Positions 10,174 through 21,454 of a DNA stretch of 64,000 bases are shown one piece after another. The notes under the pieces are model-generated. The model was given only the letters and a program-made list of their open reading frames with translations. It was not told the origin of the DNA and searched no databases. Origin of the DNA: a virus; the IMG/VR virus record IMGVR_UViG_3300013132_002633, positions 1-64,000 of that record. One strand, 5' to 3'. The position numbers and the translations under genes are program-made. The number at the start of each line of letters is the position of its first letter. Within the stretch, counting starts at the first letter, position 1.

Positions 10174-12630
10174 ATGGCAAATAGTAATACATACATTGAA
10201 GGATTAAATCCCGGAGGATCGCAACTTACCACTTTGTCTGATATACAAGGAAGTGGTCTTAAATTGCCAACTCCTACTTCTGATTTTATTGATATTAGAT
10301 CCCCAGGCAAAATAGAACGATTGTTTTCTACTTCTGGTAATTCAAACACTTTATATACAACAAATAAACCGCAGGATTCATATTTAAAAGGTCCAATATC
10401 AACAGGTACAGTCTTCAGAAGTATAGATCAGGGCCAACGCAACAAAATTAATTCATCATTTGAAGCTTCAAGACGTGATGGAGATCGTGTAACCAGATTT
10501 TTAAAAAGTTCCGCTGGTACTAAATTCATATTAAAACAAATTGTATTGCAAGGATTTCAACCTCACGACGAAACTAAAGTATATAATCCTGCGTCACCAA
10601 TTATATCCGCTCTTAGATTAGCTTCATTTGGATTGGTGGATAGACCAACTAGACATTTAGATACAAGCAACATCGTGGGTGGTTTATTAGGCGGCACTGG
10701 ATTAGGTAGTGTTGTGAGAACTGTAGGTGGCTTATTTGGTGGCGGTAACCCCCCAGTACCATCTCCTCCAAGAAGTAGCGTAGCTAGTGAAGCTAGCAGA
10801 GGACTTGGTATATCAACATTTACATCATTTTTGGGTGGTGGTGATAGATCCGATAAAGTAGTGTCACCACTGGCACGACCTGATGTACGTGATTTATTAA
10901 GAGGCCAAACAGCTACAAATGCTTACAATGCTCCTAGATATAGCAAATTGGTAAGTGGTGGCGGTGGATCGTTTTTTGGAAAATTATTAAGCGGTGCTGG
11001 TAGATTTATTCAAAACAATACCGTAGTAGGTGGTATAATTCCTCCAAAACAACCGTGGGCAGCAAATTATCGTGCGGATGAAGAAACTTATGATTTGTAT
11101 TTAAATTCTGGTAAATTGTTCGATCCAACTCAAACAGGAATTGGCGGTGGTGGAATAATGAGCGGCGTATTAAATTCAATTGGATTTGGTAAAAAAGCAA
11201 ATTATTCTCAAGCTGCTAGACAAAGATTTTACAATAAATCTAAAAATGCACCAAATTTTAATAGATCTATTGTAATTTCTAGAAGAAATAGATATGGTTC
11301 GTCGGCAATATCGACTGATGAAACTGCTTATAAATTTATAGATCAAAGTTCTCAAATAACTACCAGAAAAATTAGTGGTGGGGATGACGGTTTAAAATAC
11401 ACAGATCTGATAAATATTAAATATAATGGAAATTTAGAACAAAGCGATCAATTGTTAAACTATAAAACTCTAGTAGACAAACCAACAAATTTTAGTGACA
11501 CATTTAGCGATGTTCAAGATCAAACAGTAAAAAACATTATATCAAATTTAGAAAAACTTGTAACAAATATAAGTGGACAAAAAAATTCTAAATACACTGT
11601 TAATGATAGTAAAGGCAATATATACCCTCAACAATTTGGTAAACTACCAAATCAAAACGTGAAAGTAACTGATGGTATTGGTTTTAATTACTTAACTAAC
11701 ATTAAAAATACAAATGTGCCATCTGAAGATTTAAAATACGAACGTAGGTGGATAAATAATAAAGAACAAACTATATTGGGTAAAAAAATTCAACCAACGA
11801 ACGATGTAGATTATGTTAATAAGTTGGATGTTTTAAGTAACGATCAGTTCGATAATCTGTATGGAACTAAGTCTACCTACGGAGAATATGGCCCAGATAT
11901 TATAAATTTTTACTTTTATGATATAGTAAATCAAAAGTATATACCGTTCAGAGCTACTGTAAAAAATATAACTGACTCAAATACTGCGGAATGGGAATCT
12001 ATTGAATATCTTGGAAGACCGGATAAACAGTATTACTACAAAGGATTCACCAGAGAAGTAAGTTTTGAGTTTGTAGTGAATGCACATAGTATAAAAGAAT
12101 TATTACCCATGTGGACTAGAATAAATTATTTGGTTGGATTAACACGGCCATCTAATTATACATTAGGTGCGGTTGGCGGTTTTATGATATCACCGATGGT
12201 TCAATTAACACTTGGCGATTTTTACAAAAACCACTTTATAGTAATAAAGAGTTGTAACGTTACAATACCAGAAGAAGCAAGTTGGGAAACTATACCCGAA
12301 TCAGTCAGTAAAACCGAAAACTGGTATTACGGACCAAATAAATCTATCGAGTGGGAAAATTCCAAAGGTTTATACGCACAGTTTCCGAGAACAGCAAATA
12401 TAAATATGCAAATGTCTGTTATCGAAAAAGACAGACCAAGAACAGGTAGAGCTATTTGGGGAGACGCTCCTGTGAAAATTGAAAATGGAAATGATGTATA
12501 TGGTACTATAGAAAAAGATGGAACTGTCACTTTGAATTCAAACAATGATTTCTCTACAAATGTACGATATGATGTAGATATAGCGGCATATGTAGATGAG
12601 TTAGCTAAAAAAATTAAACCAAACGAATAA
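10174..12630 (+). CDS. Baseplate / tail-tube initiator protein
   Basis: C-terminal IPFRA...WESIEYLGR...YKGFTREVSFEF...PMVQLTLGD domain; tail context. Confidence 0.6.
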   Translation: MANSNTYIEGLNPGGSQLTTLSDIQGSGLKLPTPTSDFIDIRSPGKIERLFSTSGNSNTLYTTNKPQDSYLKGPISTGTVFRSIDQGQRNKINSSFEASRRDGDRVTRFLKSSAGTKFILKQIVLQGFQPHDETKVYNPASPIISALRLASFGLVDRPTRHLDTSNIVGGLLGGTGLGSVVRTVGGLFGGGNPPVPSPPRSSVASEASRGLGISTFTSFLGGGDRSDKVVSPLARPDVRDLLRGQTATNAYNAPRYSKLVSGGGGSFFGKLLSGAGRFIQNNTVVGGIIPPKQPWAANYRADEETYDLYLNSGKLFDPTQTGIGGGGIMSGVLNSIGFGKKANYSQAARQRFYNKSKNAPNFNRSIVISRRNRYGSSAISTDETAYKFIDQSSQITTRKISGGDDGLKYTDLINIKYNGNLEQSDQLLNYKTLVDKPTNFSDTFSDVQDQTVKNIISNLEKLVTNISGQKNSKYTVNDSKGNIYPQQFGKLPNQNVKVTDGIGFNYLTNIKNTNVPSEDLKYERRWINNKEQTILGKKIQPTNDVDYVNKLDVLSNDQFDNLYGTKSTYGEYGPDIINFYFYDIVNQKYIPFRATVKNITDSNTAEWESIEYLGRPDKQYYYKGFTREVSFEFVVNAHSIKELLPMWTRINYLVGLTRPSNYTLGAVGGFMISPMVQLTLGDFYKNHFIVIKSCNVTIPEEASWETIPESVSKTENWYYGPNKSIEWENSKGLYAQFPRTANINMQMSVIEKDRPRTGRAIWGDAPVKIENGNDVYGTIEKDGTVTLNSNNDFSTNVRYDVDIAAYVDELAKKIKPNE

Positions 12631-12636
12631 AACTCA

Positions 12637-12927
12637 ATGAGGTATCAATTTACACCAACCGAAAAAAGATTTGATGGTAAGAATGTATATAAAACTACAT
12701 ATTATCCAAATATAGAAGAATCAAATGATGATTTTTATATTACGGCTAGCGAAGTCGATTATTTAGATTCTCTTGCAAAAAAATATTATGGCGACGAGTC
12801 ACTGTGGTGGATAATAGCACGTGCTAATAATTTGCCCGGATATAAATTAAGTATTGATACGAATAAACAAATACGTATACCTGGCAATATACAACTTATA
12901 CTACAAAACCTTAAAAATTTAAATTAA
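12637..12927 (+). CDS. LysM-like baseplate wedge protein
   Basis: DYLDSLAKKYYGDESLWWIIARAN...QIRIP. Confidence 0.8.
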   Translation: MRYQFTPTEKRFDGKNVYKTTYYPNIEESNDDFYITASEVDYLDSLAKKYYGDESLWWIIARANNLPGYKLSIDTNKQIRIPGNIQLILQNLKNLN

Positions 12928-12930
12928 AAT

Positions 12931-15900
12931 ATGGCTGATCGGGAAATAGCAACAACTCCATTATGGTGGGAAATTCAAAATGTACCCACGCAAATGATAA
13001 GAGAGTTACGCCGCAGAAAAAACGGAACATCTTTTGGTTTTTCATATCCGAAAGATGTGACGACTATCAATTTTGATAATTCATATTCTTCATACAAAGG
13101 TCCACTTACACCATGGGTTAGAGTTTTTTCAAACAGCACAGGAAAACCCTCTAACGTATTAACTCCGCCATCTGGATATTTAATTAGAAAAAATGATCCG
13201 CTTTTTCAAGGATATGATGGATTTATTTTAAAAGGCGGTGACGGTTTTTACGATGCTTTTGGTTATGATAACAATACCGGACTCAAAGACAACAAAGACA
13301 AAAATGCTACAATTGGATATCAAGCCGATGGGAAGCCACATTATTTGAATGCGAATGTTACACAACTACAATATAGCACTACATCAGATCCAAAATTTCC
13401 ACAGAATAATTCCGTACCCAGAATTTTACCACCTCCGGGAGTAACGTCTGTAAATGTAAAACAGAGTAAGGAATTTTTGACATTTGCAACTATTAAATTC
13501 AAATGTTACAGTCTTGCACAACTTGAATATTTAACGCCATTTTTCTTAAACCCAGGAATAAACTTGTTTGTTGAATTTGGGTGGAATTTGTTTAACCAAA
13601 AATCATTGGTAAATTTGAAAGAGCCAAACGATTGTTGGAAATTAATTTCAAAACCACAAACTGCACTTGATTTATCAAATTTATCAAATGGAAATTATGG
13701 GTGCGTAACCGGAATTATAACCAAATATAAATTCAGCACCAATGACGGTTTTGTTTATGATTGTGATGTTGAAATGACATCGCGACAGGGACTTTATGCT
13801 GGAATGAAAACTGATAACGTTGTTACGACTTCAATAAAATCGGAGCGAGAACAACAAGATGAAAAAGTATATTTAAATCTCAAAAATTTTTGCAAAATAT
13901 ATCTACCGGCTATCAACGATGTAATAAAAAATAAACAAAATTTTTATATATACATCAAGAATAATTTTGAATTGATAGCTGATAAATATAGTAAAAGTAA
14001 TAAAGGAAAAGAAGATGCAAATGCAAACGCCGAGCAAATTAAGGCACCTGTGGCTAGTATTATAAACAACGACACAAACGGCAAAGACGACAACAGATTT
14101 TACGGCGGTAAATCAGAAGACAGAATATTTACAGGACGGCGAATTGATGTTTATGGAAAAGCTAAATCACCAGAGGACGCAGTAAAAGTAAATCAAGTAT
14201 ATGTCCCACCATCGCGTTCGCCCGTCGCCCTCGGTTACCTCGCGGGTGGAGAAATTAAGTATAAGGTAATTGAATATAAATTAAATGACAACAAAAAACA
14301 AATTTCATTTTTTGATCAACATGATTTTGATGCAAAAGATAATAATGATGAAGTTTGGCTACAATTGGATTTCGTATTTGAAATGTTTAATTTATTTATG
14401 TCAAATGGATTAGAGAGATTCAAAGTTGATATTAGTGATATTGTTATTAATGCACATCCCAATTTAATGCCATTAAATAAAGATTTATTGATTCCAAATC
14501 CGGTAAGTCCTAAAATAAATAAGGGTAGAAATAAAGGAATAAATCTTCAAGGTAAGCCAACTGGTTATTTAAAAAATGAGGCGAGTATAGTAGGAAAAAA
14601 TAAATATTTAAACTTAAAAGCTGATATAGATATAAACAGTAACAAAATACAACGTGTATTAGAAAAACAAAAAAATAATGAGACTTTGACTGACGAAGAC
14701 GGTTATATACTATCTTCTTTTGTAACCAAAAATAAATTCAAAACTCAGCTCTATGAAAGAGATAATATAGATACGATCATTAATTATTTATACTATGACA
14801 GTAAACAAACTGGTGAACAAACCGGTCGTAACGAATTTGGATCTGCTGCATTTCCATTTTATAAAGAAAAAACTGTTGGTAATACTAAGTATAAACCTTA
14901 TTACTATGGTTATTTTAAAAATCTGTTAATAAGTAAAACTAAGTTGATAGAAATTGTTACACAATCAAAAACTAATAATTATAAAGACGTAATAAAAAGT
15001 TTATTGAATTTTATAAACAACTCGGTAGATGATTTTTGGAAATTAGATATAGTGGAAAGAACTGATGGCCAAGGTTTATCAATTGTAGATAAAAATGGAG
15101 TGGGTAAGTTGAATGAAATATATATGTTTGATATTGCTAGCACCAACAATGTTATACGATCTATAAATTTTGATGTTAATACCAGCAATGAACAAGCTAT
15201 AAATGTTTTGTTTGGAGGACCTGTTGATAAAAATACAACACAACAACTTAAAGATGATATTAAAAATACAAATACGACATCTCAATATGAGTCAGTTTAT
15301 TCCAGGTTAACGAACGAGCCTTTATTGAAATTCGTAGATCGTATGGATAAATTTGAACTGCAAAACTTTTTGGCAAATCAAAGTGCATCAATAAATACGA
15401 CAGTTGCGCCTGGTACTCCTGACGGATTAGTAGATGAAAACAATGATATAGCACATTTGCAAACATATGGACCTAACCAAGACGTGTTAACAATGCAGGT
15501 TAAATTTATTGATGAAAAACCATCAACACCCAATACAAATACGCCATTCCTCCAATCCATAGTGGATCAAGTATATCTGTATATTAAAAATATACAAGAT
15601 GCCGAAGACAATTTAAATATAAAATTTTTGAACTGGCCAGAATCGATGAAAGGAATGTTGCGTGCAATATTGACAGATGGTGATATAGATAATAACGTTA
15701 AATACAGTGGTGTGGCTGACAATTTTCAACTTACAATAGTATTTGACGGGTTGTTTGGATTTAGAAATTTACAATGTTTTGCAATTTCCAATTTACCAAA
15801 GCCATATGTTCCTGGAAATGTAATATTTCAAATATTGGAAGCTGAACATAACATTGAATCTGGTAAATGGACAACAACGGTTACAGCGTTGGTGAGATCT

Positions 15901-15936
15901 GTTGGTGGCAATAATTATGATTATATAACTGTATGA
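12931..15936 (+). CDS. Large baseplate hub-like structural protein
   Basis: 1001 aa; PPPGVTSV, EFGWN, FQILEAEHNIESGKWTTTV; follows LysM gene. Confidence 0.55.
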   Translation: MADREIATTPLWWEIQNVPTQMIRELRRRKNGTSFGFSYPKDVTTINFDNSYSSYKGPLTPWVRVFSNSTGKPSNVLTPPSGYLIRKNDPLFQGYDGFILKGGDGFYDAFGYDNNTGLKDNKDKNATIGYQADGKPHYLNANVTQLQYSTTSDPKFPQNNSVPRILPPPGVTSVNVKQSKEFLTFATIKFKCYSLAQLEYLTPFFLNPGINLFVEFGWNLFNQKSLVNLKEPNDCWKLISKPQTALDLSNLSNGNYGCVTGIITKYKFSTNDGFVYDCDVEMTSRQGLYAGMKTDNVVTTSIKSEREQQDEKVYLNLKNFCKIYLPAINDVIKNKQNFYIYIKNNFELIADKYSKSNKGKEDANANAEQIKAPVASIINNDTNGKDDNRFYGGKSEDRIFTGRRIDVYGKAKSPEDAVKVNQVYVPPSRSPVALGYLAGGEIKYKVIEYKLNDNKKQISFFDQHDFDAKDNNDEVWLQLDFVFEMFNLFMSNGLERFKVDISDIVINAHPNLMPLNKDLLIPNPVSPKINKGRNKGINLQGKPTGYLKNEASIVGKNKYLNLKADIDINSNKIQRVLEKQKNNETLTDEDGYILSSFVTKNKFKTQLYERDNIDTIINYLYYDSKQTGEQTGRNEFGSAAFPFYKEKTVGNTKYKPYYYGYFKNLLISKTKLIEIVTQSKTNNYKDVIKSLLNFINNSVDDFWKLDIVERTDGQGLSIVDKNGVGKLNEIYMFDIASTNNVIRSINFDVNTSNEQAINVLFGGPVDKNTTQQLKDDIKNTNTTSQYESVYSRLTNEPLLKFVDRMDKFELQNFLANQSASINTTVAPGTPDGLVDENNDIAHLQTYGPNQDVLTMQVKFIDEKPSTPNTNTPFLQSIVDQVYLYIKNIQDAEDNLNIKFLNWPESMKGMLRAILTDGDIDNNVKYSGVADNFQLTIVFDGLFGFRNLQCFAISNLPKPYVPGNVIFQILEAEHNIESGKWTTTVTALVRSVGGNNYDYITV

Positions 15937-16316
15937 TAAACGACACTCCATCTTCATTAAGAAATATTATATCTGGATTTAACTATTATACTCCATCTGT
16001 ATATAAACCACATCCAGTCAAAAAAGATTATGACTTTGGGTATATAGACAGATACTTTGTTGCTAAAATAAATCAATCTGAATTAATGATGGAAACTAGT
16101 ATTAGAGATTACAATTCAACGGATGCAAGCTTGTATAAAAAAGCTACAATAAAGTGGAAAATATCTGGACCGGAATTCAATTTATATAAAGATAGAATAT
16201 TACAAACAGTTGGTGTTGTGGAATATAATAATAGAAGAATATCAGATGTTATTAAAATTTTTCCCGGTGCAAGTGTTATATTAAATAATCCAAAACAATA
16301 TTGGCGTGGCTTTTAA
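15933..16316 (+). CDS. Hypothetical protein
   Basis: 127-aa ORF, ATGA overlap with upstream gene. Confidence 0.65.
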   Translation: MINDTPSSLRNIISGFNYYTPSVYKPHPVKKDYDFGYIDRYFVAKINQSELMMETSIRDYNSTDASLYKKATIKWKISGPEFNLYKDRILQTVGVVEYNNRRISDVIKIFPGASVILNNPKQYWRGF

Positions 16317-16345
16317 TTGACAATTAACGTACACGGTGATAGTTT
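16317..16345 (+). promoter_or_regulatory. Sigma70-type promoter
   Basis: TTGACA-17 bp-TAGTTT. Confidence 0.55.
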
Positions 16346-16351
16346 AATAGA

Positions 16352-17641
16352 GTGATATTAAGTGATAAAATATATTTAAAGTTTATAACAAAAAATAAAA
16401 ATAAACACGCAAAGTGTGATGATATTATCGCTGCATTTATTTATAATTTTGAAGATAAATCCAAGTATTACATAAATTTTAGCCACACTGATGTTGTGAC
16501 TGATATGTCTTTTAATGAATTTAAAGACATGTTGAATAATTTGAACAATGTTTGTGTTTATGTAAATAACAAAAAGCGATATAGATATTGGTTAAGCTGT
16601 AATTTAATAGATATTAATTTATTTGAGTTTATCAAAAATAATTCACTGATTGAGTGGTGTGATGATGTAACTGAAAATTATATGTCTATATCATTTGGTA
16701 ATGTTAATGATTATAATTTGATAATTCCATATGTAATACATCAACGAATTTTTGATACAGAAGTAAAACAAATTGAAAGTTTACACAAAGAAAAAACGGA
16801 TACATATTGTTTTAAGTTCTTTAATAACATTGTAACCGATGCGCTATTTGAGGTAGAAAAAAATGGTATAGCGATTGATAAAAATATATTTTGCAAATAT
16901 TTTACTGCTAAAACATCCGACAACTATGTTTATACTGATTATCATATTTATAATCCAACTGGCAGACCGAGTAATTGTTTTGATGGAATAAATTATGCAG
17001 CTCTAAAAAAAGATGATGGTTCACGATCAAGTTTTATTTCTAGATATGATGGTGGATATTTGTTGATGGTTGACTTTACTGGGTTTCATCCATATATTGT
17101 TTCAAATTTAATAGGTTATAAGGTACCTGAAAATGAAACAATATACGAACATCTGGCAAAGATGTATTATGAAATTGAAAATGTGACTGTTGATATTATT
17201 ACCAAAAGTAAAAAGTTAACTATGGTAAATTTATATGGTCAAATCAAAGAACAATATCTGAACATTGAGTTTTTTCGAAAAACTGAAGAACTCAAAGAAA
17301 AGTACTGGGTTTCTTTTTTGGAAAAGGGATATGTTACAACTCCAATTTATAAACGTAAAATAACCAATAAGCATGTATCGGATGCTAATAAAAACAAATT
17401 ATTTGCATATGTTATACAAGCTGCGGAAACTGAATATGGAATGGATAGATTAAATGCTTGTATTAAATATTCATATAATAAACAAATTGTACCGATATTA
17501 TATAACTATGATGCTATATTATTTGACGTTGGTAATGTAAAAGATGAAGAAATTGCCGACTTGGTAAACATAATTAAAAATAAAAAATTTAAGGTAAAAG
17601 TTTATAAAGGTAATAATTACAACGATTTAATTCAGATGTAA
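16352..17641 (+). CDS. Compact, divergent family-A DNA polymerase-like protein
   Basis: TGRPSN; RSSFI; motif A MVDFTGFHP; motif B KKLTMVNLYG; IQAAET; motif C LYNYDAILFD. Confidence 0.7.
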   Translation: MILSDKIYLKFITKNKNKHAKCDDIIAAFIYNFEDKSKYYINFSHTDVVTDMSFNEFKDMLNNLNNVCVYVNNKKRYRYWLSCNLIDINLFEFIKNNSLIEWCDDVTENYMSISFGNVNDYNLIIPYVIHQRIFDTEVKQIESLHKEKTDTYCFKFFNNIVTDALFEVEKNGIAIDKNIFCKYFTAKTSDNYVYTDYHIYNPTGRPSNCFDGINYAALKKDDGSRSSFISRYDGGYLLMVDFTGFHPYIVSNLIGYKVPENETIYEHLAKMYYEIENVTVDIITKSKKLTMVNLYGQIKEQYLNIEFFRKTEELKEKYWVSFLEKGYVTTPIYKRKITNKHVSDANKNKLFAYVIQAAETEYGMDRLNACIKYSYNKQIVPILYNYDAILFDVGNVKDEEIADLVNIIKNKKFKVKVYKGNNYNDLIQM

Positions 17642-17668
17642 ATATATTTATATATAAATTACATTTGA

Positions 17669-20035
17669 ATGAACTTTAAATCTGTATTAAATGATGTATG
17701 TTGTGACTCTAGAATCAAGAGCGGAATTTTAGATCTCAAAAACCCAGATCACGTATTTGTTTTGCAAGAATATCTGGAAAAGGTAGGCATTTCAATTGAT
17801 GAAATTGTCAATAAAACTGCTTCATTATTTGAAGCGGGTAGATTTCCAGAACGACAGGCATATAACAAAGATGGTATTTTAGTAACTTTTCCTAATAAAG
17901 AGTATCGTACCCGTGCTATAAATAAAGGTACTCATTTTGCAGAAAATCCTAAAAAATCACAGAGTAACATTTTTACAACTCAACCTGTAGGTGACGCATC
18001 GAATTCACAGAATAAATCTAATGACATTCAATCTGTCGATAGTGAATTAGAAAAAAGTGCTGATACGAGTGTAGATATAGAAAGAGAGAGAACTCCGAAA
18101 GAACGTGTAATCGATGCGAATGATGTTGATTATATTTTAACAGGAGAAAGTCCATTGGTTAATTACAGTGTAGACGAAGCAAAAAGATTTGGATTTTACA
18201 ATAAAGGATTAATTTGGTATGATGGCGACGGCAATTTAATCGGTGAACAGATATACGACGAGGTAAATAAAAAACCATTGATTAGGTTAAAAAAAGAAGC
18301 ATCTTTGGCACAAATAACCACGAAGGCTTTAAAGAAAATTGACATTTTGGATACGGAATTTGCAGAAATTCTACAAATATTAAAAACTGGATCCGTTTCT
18401 GGTAAAGACGATACGTTCAAGACTGATATATACGAAACTTTACCATTGTTGGTATTATACAACATAGAACTGTCAAACGCTACAAGTTTAGGTGGAGATT
18501 CAATAAAAAGAGCTGTTGATTTTATATCAAGAGTGGGAAATTTAAAGTCTAAATTAGAGGCTATTACTGATCAAGTTAAACGAAAGGAAAATCTTAATAT
18601 TTATGAATTGGTTGTAAACAGTTTATACGAGATCGGCGGAAAAAATGGTGTTTCTTTAAAAGATATTCTAACCAATAATCCATCTGATTTTATACATAAA
18701 TCAATTGACGAGTTTTATAAAATCGCAAAAAATTACGATGAAAAGTTCAATGGTAGTGAAAAAGGAAAGAAAAACACCGCCGATATTATAATAATATATG
18801 GTGGTACTAAAAACGATGTGTATGATGCGTTGAATTCTGGAAACATAGAAGATGTTACAAATGAATCGGTTGTTAAAATTAAAAATAAAAATATTTATTT
18901 TGCATTGGTGAGTTTGAAAGCAATGTCTGGAAGAGTCGGACGTGTATTCACTCAGCTTAGAAATTATTTAGATGTTGATTTAGAAATACAACCGTCATCT
19001 GAATATCAAAAAACATTAAAAGAAACTCGCCTGATACATGAGAGTTATTTTAACACGGTTAAAAATACATTTAATAATTTTATTGATAAATACAAAGAAA
19101 TATCTGATGTTGTAAAAGTAAAATATCGTGATTTGATAGATAATTTTTCTAAACTGACTGGTGGATTTATCGATAAAATACGAAACGATTTATTTACAAA
19201 ATTAAATCAAGAAACCTCTGTAATAGAAAAAAATTCATTTAAAGAATTTAAAAAGTTGGAAGATTCTATAAAAAATGAGATTGGTAATTTAAATGAAAAA
19301 AGCAACACTTCGTGCGGATCGGATTCGGTTGAATTAACAACATCTCTTAGAAAAAATCTGTCGGATTATCAAAAACTATTATCTGCTACAAATACAGATT
19401 CAGTATTAATTGAAAAATTAATAACAAATTCAAAAAATCCAACGGTAACAAAATATTTTAAATTTGAGATTGACACTGCCAATCTTGATAAGATTAAAAA
19501 TATAAAAAATGATATTAAATCATTATCAAAACGACTAGCAGATTCAGATATTAATTGTATTTCCAGAGAAGAATTATCTCCTGTATTGATGTATAGAAGT
19601 AATATACTAGCATTACAGTATATTGATTTAATAATGAATCGTATATTGCAGTACGTAAACTTATCGGATCCGGACAAAATTCAAAGTGAATTTTTAAAGC
19701 TAGCATCTGTTTTATCTACAGAGGCTATATTTGGAGGAAATGTAAGTTTGCCACTAATAAAATATACAGGCAATAAACTTGAAAGATTGGGTTATAAAAA
19801 TCAATACAAAATTAAAGTTCCCGATAAAATACCAGATTTAAAACTTGGAAAACTATCAGTCAAACTAGAACCTGATTTAAATGCTTATATGATTATAAAT
19901 CTTTATTTATTTTATGGCATTGAAACAAACGACGATGAAGTTACTCCTACATATGTTTTATACGAAATGAGAACTGAGAGTGGTAGTAGTTTTACATTTA
20001 AAGTTGAGGGAAATAAATTCGTAAATAAAATTTAA
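17669..20035 (+). CDS. Hypothetical protein (possible virion protein)
   Basis: 788-aa ORF preceded by TATTTATA motif. Confidence 0.6.
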   Translation: MNFKSVLNDVCCDSRIKSGILDLKNPDHVFVLQEYLEKVGISIDEIVNKTASLFEAGRFPERQAYNKDGILVTFPNKEYRTRAINKGTHFAENPKKSQSNIFTTQPVGDASNSQNKSNDIQSVDSELEKSADTSVDIERERTPKERVIDANDVDYILTGESPLVNYSVDEAKRFGFYNKGLIWYDGDGNLIGEQIYDEVNKKPLIRLKKEASLAQITTKALKKIDILDTEFAEILQILKTGSVSGKDDTFKTDIYETLPLLVLYNIELSNATSLGGDSIKRAVDFISRVGNLKSKLEAITDQVKRKENLNIYELVVNSLYEIGGKNGVSLKDILTNNPSDFIHKSIDEFYKIAKNYDEKFNGSEKGKKNTADIIIIYGGTKNDVYDALNSGNIEDVTNESVVKIKNKNIYFALVSLKAMSGRVGRVFTQLRNYLDVDLEIQPSSEYQKTLKETRLIHESYFNTVKNTFNNFIDKYKEISDVVKVKYRDLIDNFSKLTGGFIDKIRNDLFTKLNQETSVIEKNSFKEFKKLEDSIKNEIGNLNEKSNTSCGSDSVELTTSLRKNLSDYQKLLSATNTDSVLIEKLITNSKNPTVTKYFKFEIDTANLDKIKNIKNDIKSLSKRLADSDINCISREELSPVLMYRSNILALQYIDLIMNRILQYVNLSDPDKIQSEFLKLASVLSTEAIFGGNVSLPLIKYTGNKLERLGYKNQYKIKVPDKIPDLKLGKLSVKLEPDLNAYMIINLYLFYGIETNDDEVTPTYVLYEMRTESGSSFTFKVEGNKFVNKI

Positions 20036-20036
20036 T

Positions 20037-20432
20037 ATGATAGCTCAAAAACAATTACTATGTACATTTGCTAATAATTTAAATTATCAAACGTTGATAA
20101 CTGAAATAACAAATCAATACAATTTAACCGACCATAAGATTTTTATATTTGTAAATGAAAAAAATTTAAGAGAATTGTTTTTGACATTTAACGTAATTAA
20201 AAACGATCATATCAAAAAGTATAAAGGTACTATAAGTATTCATCGTAAAAAACAAACAAATACGCTTTATACGTTGAATGCTATGAACAAACTGATAGCC
20301 GATGAAAATGCGGGTGTTTTTGATAAAAATTTCCAATTAAACTGGAACTTGTATGCAGATTCGTTGATACTAACGAATGATGTGGGGGTTAAAATCGTGC
20401 CATTAAAATTATTTTCAATCGTTCCAACTTAA
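20037..20432 (+). CDS. Hypothetical protein
   Basis: 131 aa; QLLCTF, HRKKQTNTLYTLNAMN. Confidence 0.65.
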   Translation: MIAQKQLLCTFANNLNYQTLITEITNQYNLTDHKIFIFVNEKNLRELFLTFNVIKNDHIKKYKGTISIHRKKQTNTLYTLNAMNKLIADENAGVFDKNFQLNWNLYADSLILTNDVGVKIVPLKLFSIVPT

Positions 20433-20448
20433 TATATATTCAGTACAC

Positions 20449-20477
20449 TTGACTTCGTTTTATATATGGTATAAAGT
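20449..20477 (+). promoter_or_regulatory. Sigma70-type promoter of SSB gene
   Basis: TTGACT-17 bp-TAAAGT. Confidence 0.6.
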
Positions 20478-20561
20478 GATATCAAGTTAGTTATATTTCT
20501 TAACTTGGGTAAGTTAAGTACTTAACTAATTAACAAATAAACAATTAACTATTAAATAATT

Positions 20562-21395
20562 ATGGCATTAGATATTAGCAAGCTAAAGAGCCGTTTGAAC
20601 TCTCTTTCAAACACAAATCAAAAATCCAACCTTATCTGGAAGCCCAAGCCTGGCAAACAGGTAGTTCGTATTGTTCCTTATAAGTTTGTACCTGAAAACC
20701 CTTTTATTGAACTCAAGTTTCATTATAACTTGAACGGTAAGAGTTATCTATCTCCTGATAGTTTTGGTCGCCCCGATCCTATCGTTGAGTTTAGTAACCG
20801 TCTAAAAAAGACTGGTGATAAAGAAGACTGGAAGACTGGTCGTAAAATGGAGCCAAAGATGCGAACGTTCGCTCCCGTAATTGTACGTGGAGAAGAACAT
20901 GAAGGAGTAAAGTTTTGGGGTTTTGGTAAACAAGTTTATCAGGAACTATTGTCTATAATCAGTGATCCTGATTTTGGTGATATTACTGACTTAACTAGTG
21001 GGCGTGATATAGTTGTAGAGTTTAAAACGGGTGATGAATCTGGTAAGACATACCCAGAAACAAACATTCGTGTAAAACCAAATGTTAGTGTTGCAGTTGA
21101 TCCTAAAAATTCTCAATTGATTGATTCTCTTAAAAACCAAATTAATATTTTGGATTTGTTCCCAGAGTTGACATATGACGAATTGGAGGACGTTATGGAT
21201 AAGTGGTTGAATCCTGAAGTTTCAACAGAAACTACAGACGACACTTCTGTATCAACTTCAACTGATGACGATGATGTGCCGATTACATCAAATGTAAAAC
21301 CGGTTGACGTATCTCCATCGGCTAATAAAGCAAAAACCAATGTTCCCGCAAAAGACAATGTTGAACAAGCATTCGATGACTTGTTTAATTCTTAA
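20562..21395 (+). CDS. ssDNA-binding protein (T4 gp32-like)
   Basis: WKPKPGKQVVRIVP, GVKFWGFGKQVY, DITDLTSGRD; acidic tail AFDDLFNS. Confidence 0.85.
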   Translation: MALDISKLKSRLNSLSNTNQKSNLIWKPKPGKQVVRIVPYKFVPENPFIELKFHYNLNGKSYLSPDSFGRPDPIVEFSNRLKKTGDKEDWKTGRKMEPKMRTFAPVIVRGEEHEGVKFWGFGKQVYQELLSIISDPDFGDITDLTSGRDIVVEFKTGDESGKTYPETNIRVKPNVSVAVDPKNSQLIDSLKNQINILDLFPELTYDELEDVMDKWLNPEVSTETTDDTSVSTSTDDDDVPITSNVKPVDVSPSANKAKTNVPAKDNVEQAFDDLFNS

Positions 21396-21405
21396 ACAAT
21401 AAAAT

Positions 21406-21439
21406 AAAGCCGGTGGAGTTTTTATACCCCACCGGCTTT
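21406..21439 (+). terminator. Terminator-like hairpin between SSB and UvsX genes
   Basis: AAAGCCGGTGG ... CCACCGGCTTT. Confidence 0.7.
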
Positions 21440-21454
21440 CTAGTTATATACACT

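Noticed and set aside
21413-21454. Upstream GTG start of UvsX part 1
   Set aside because: Lies within the terminator hairpin; ATG 21455 is more plausible
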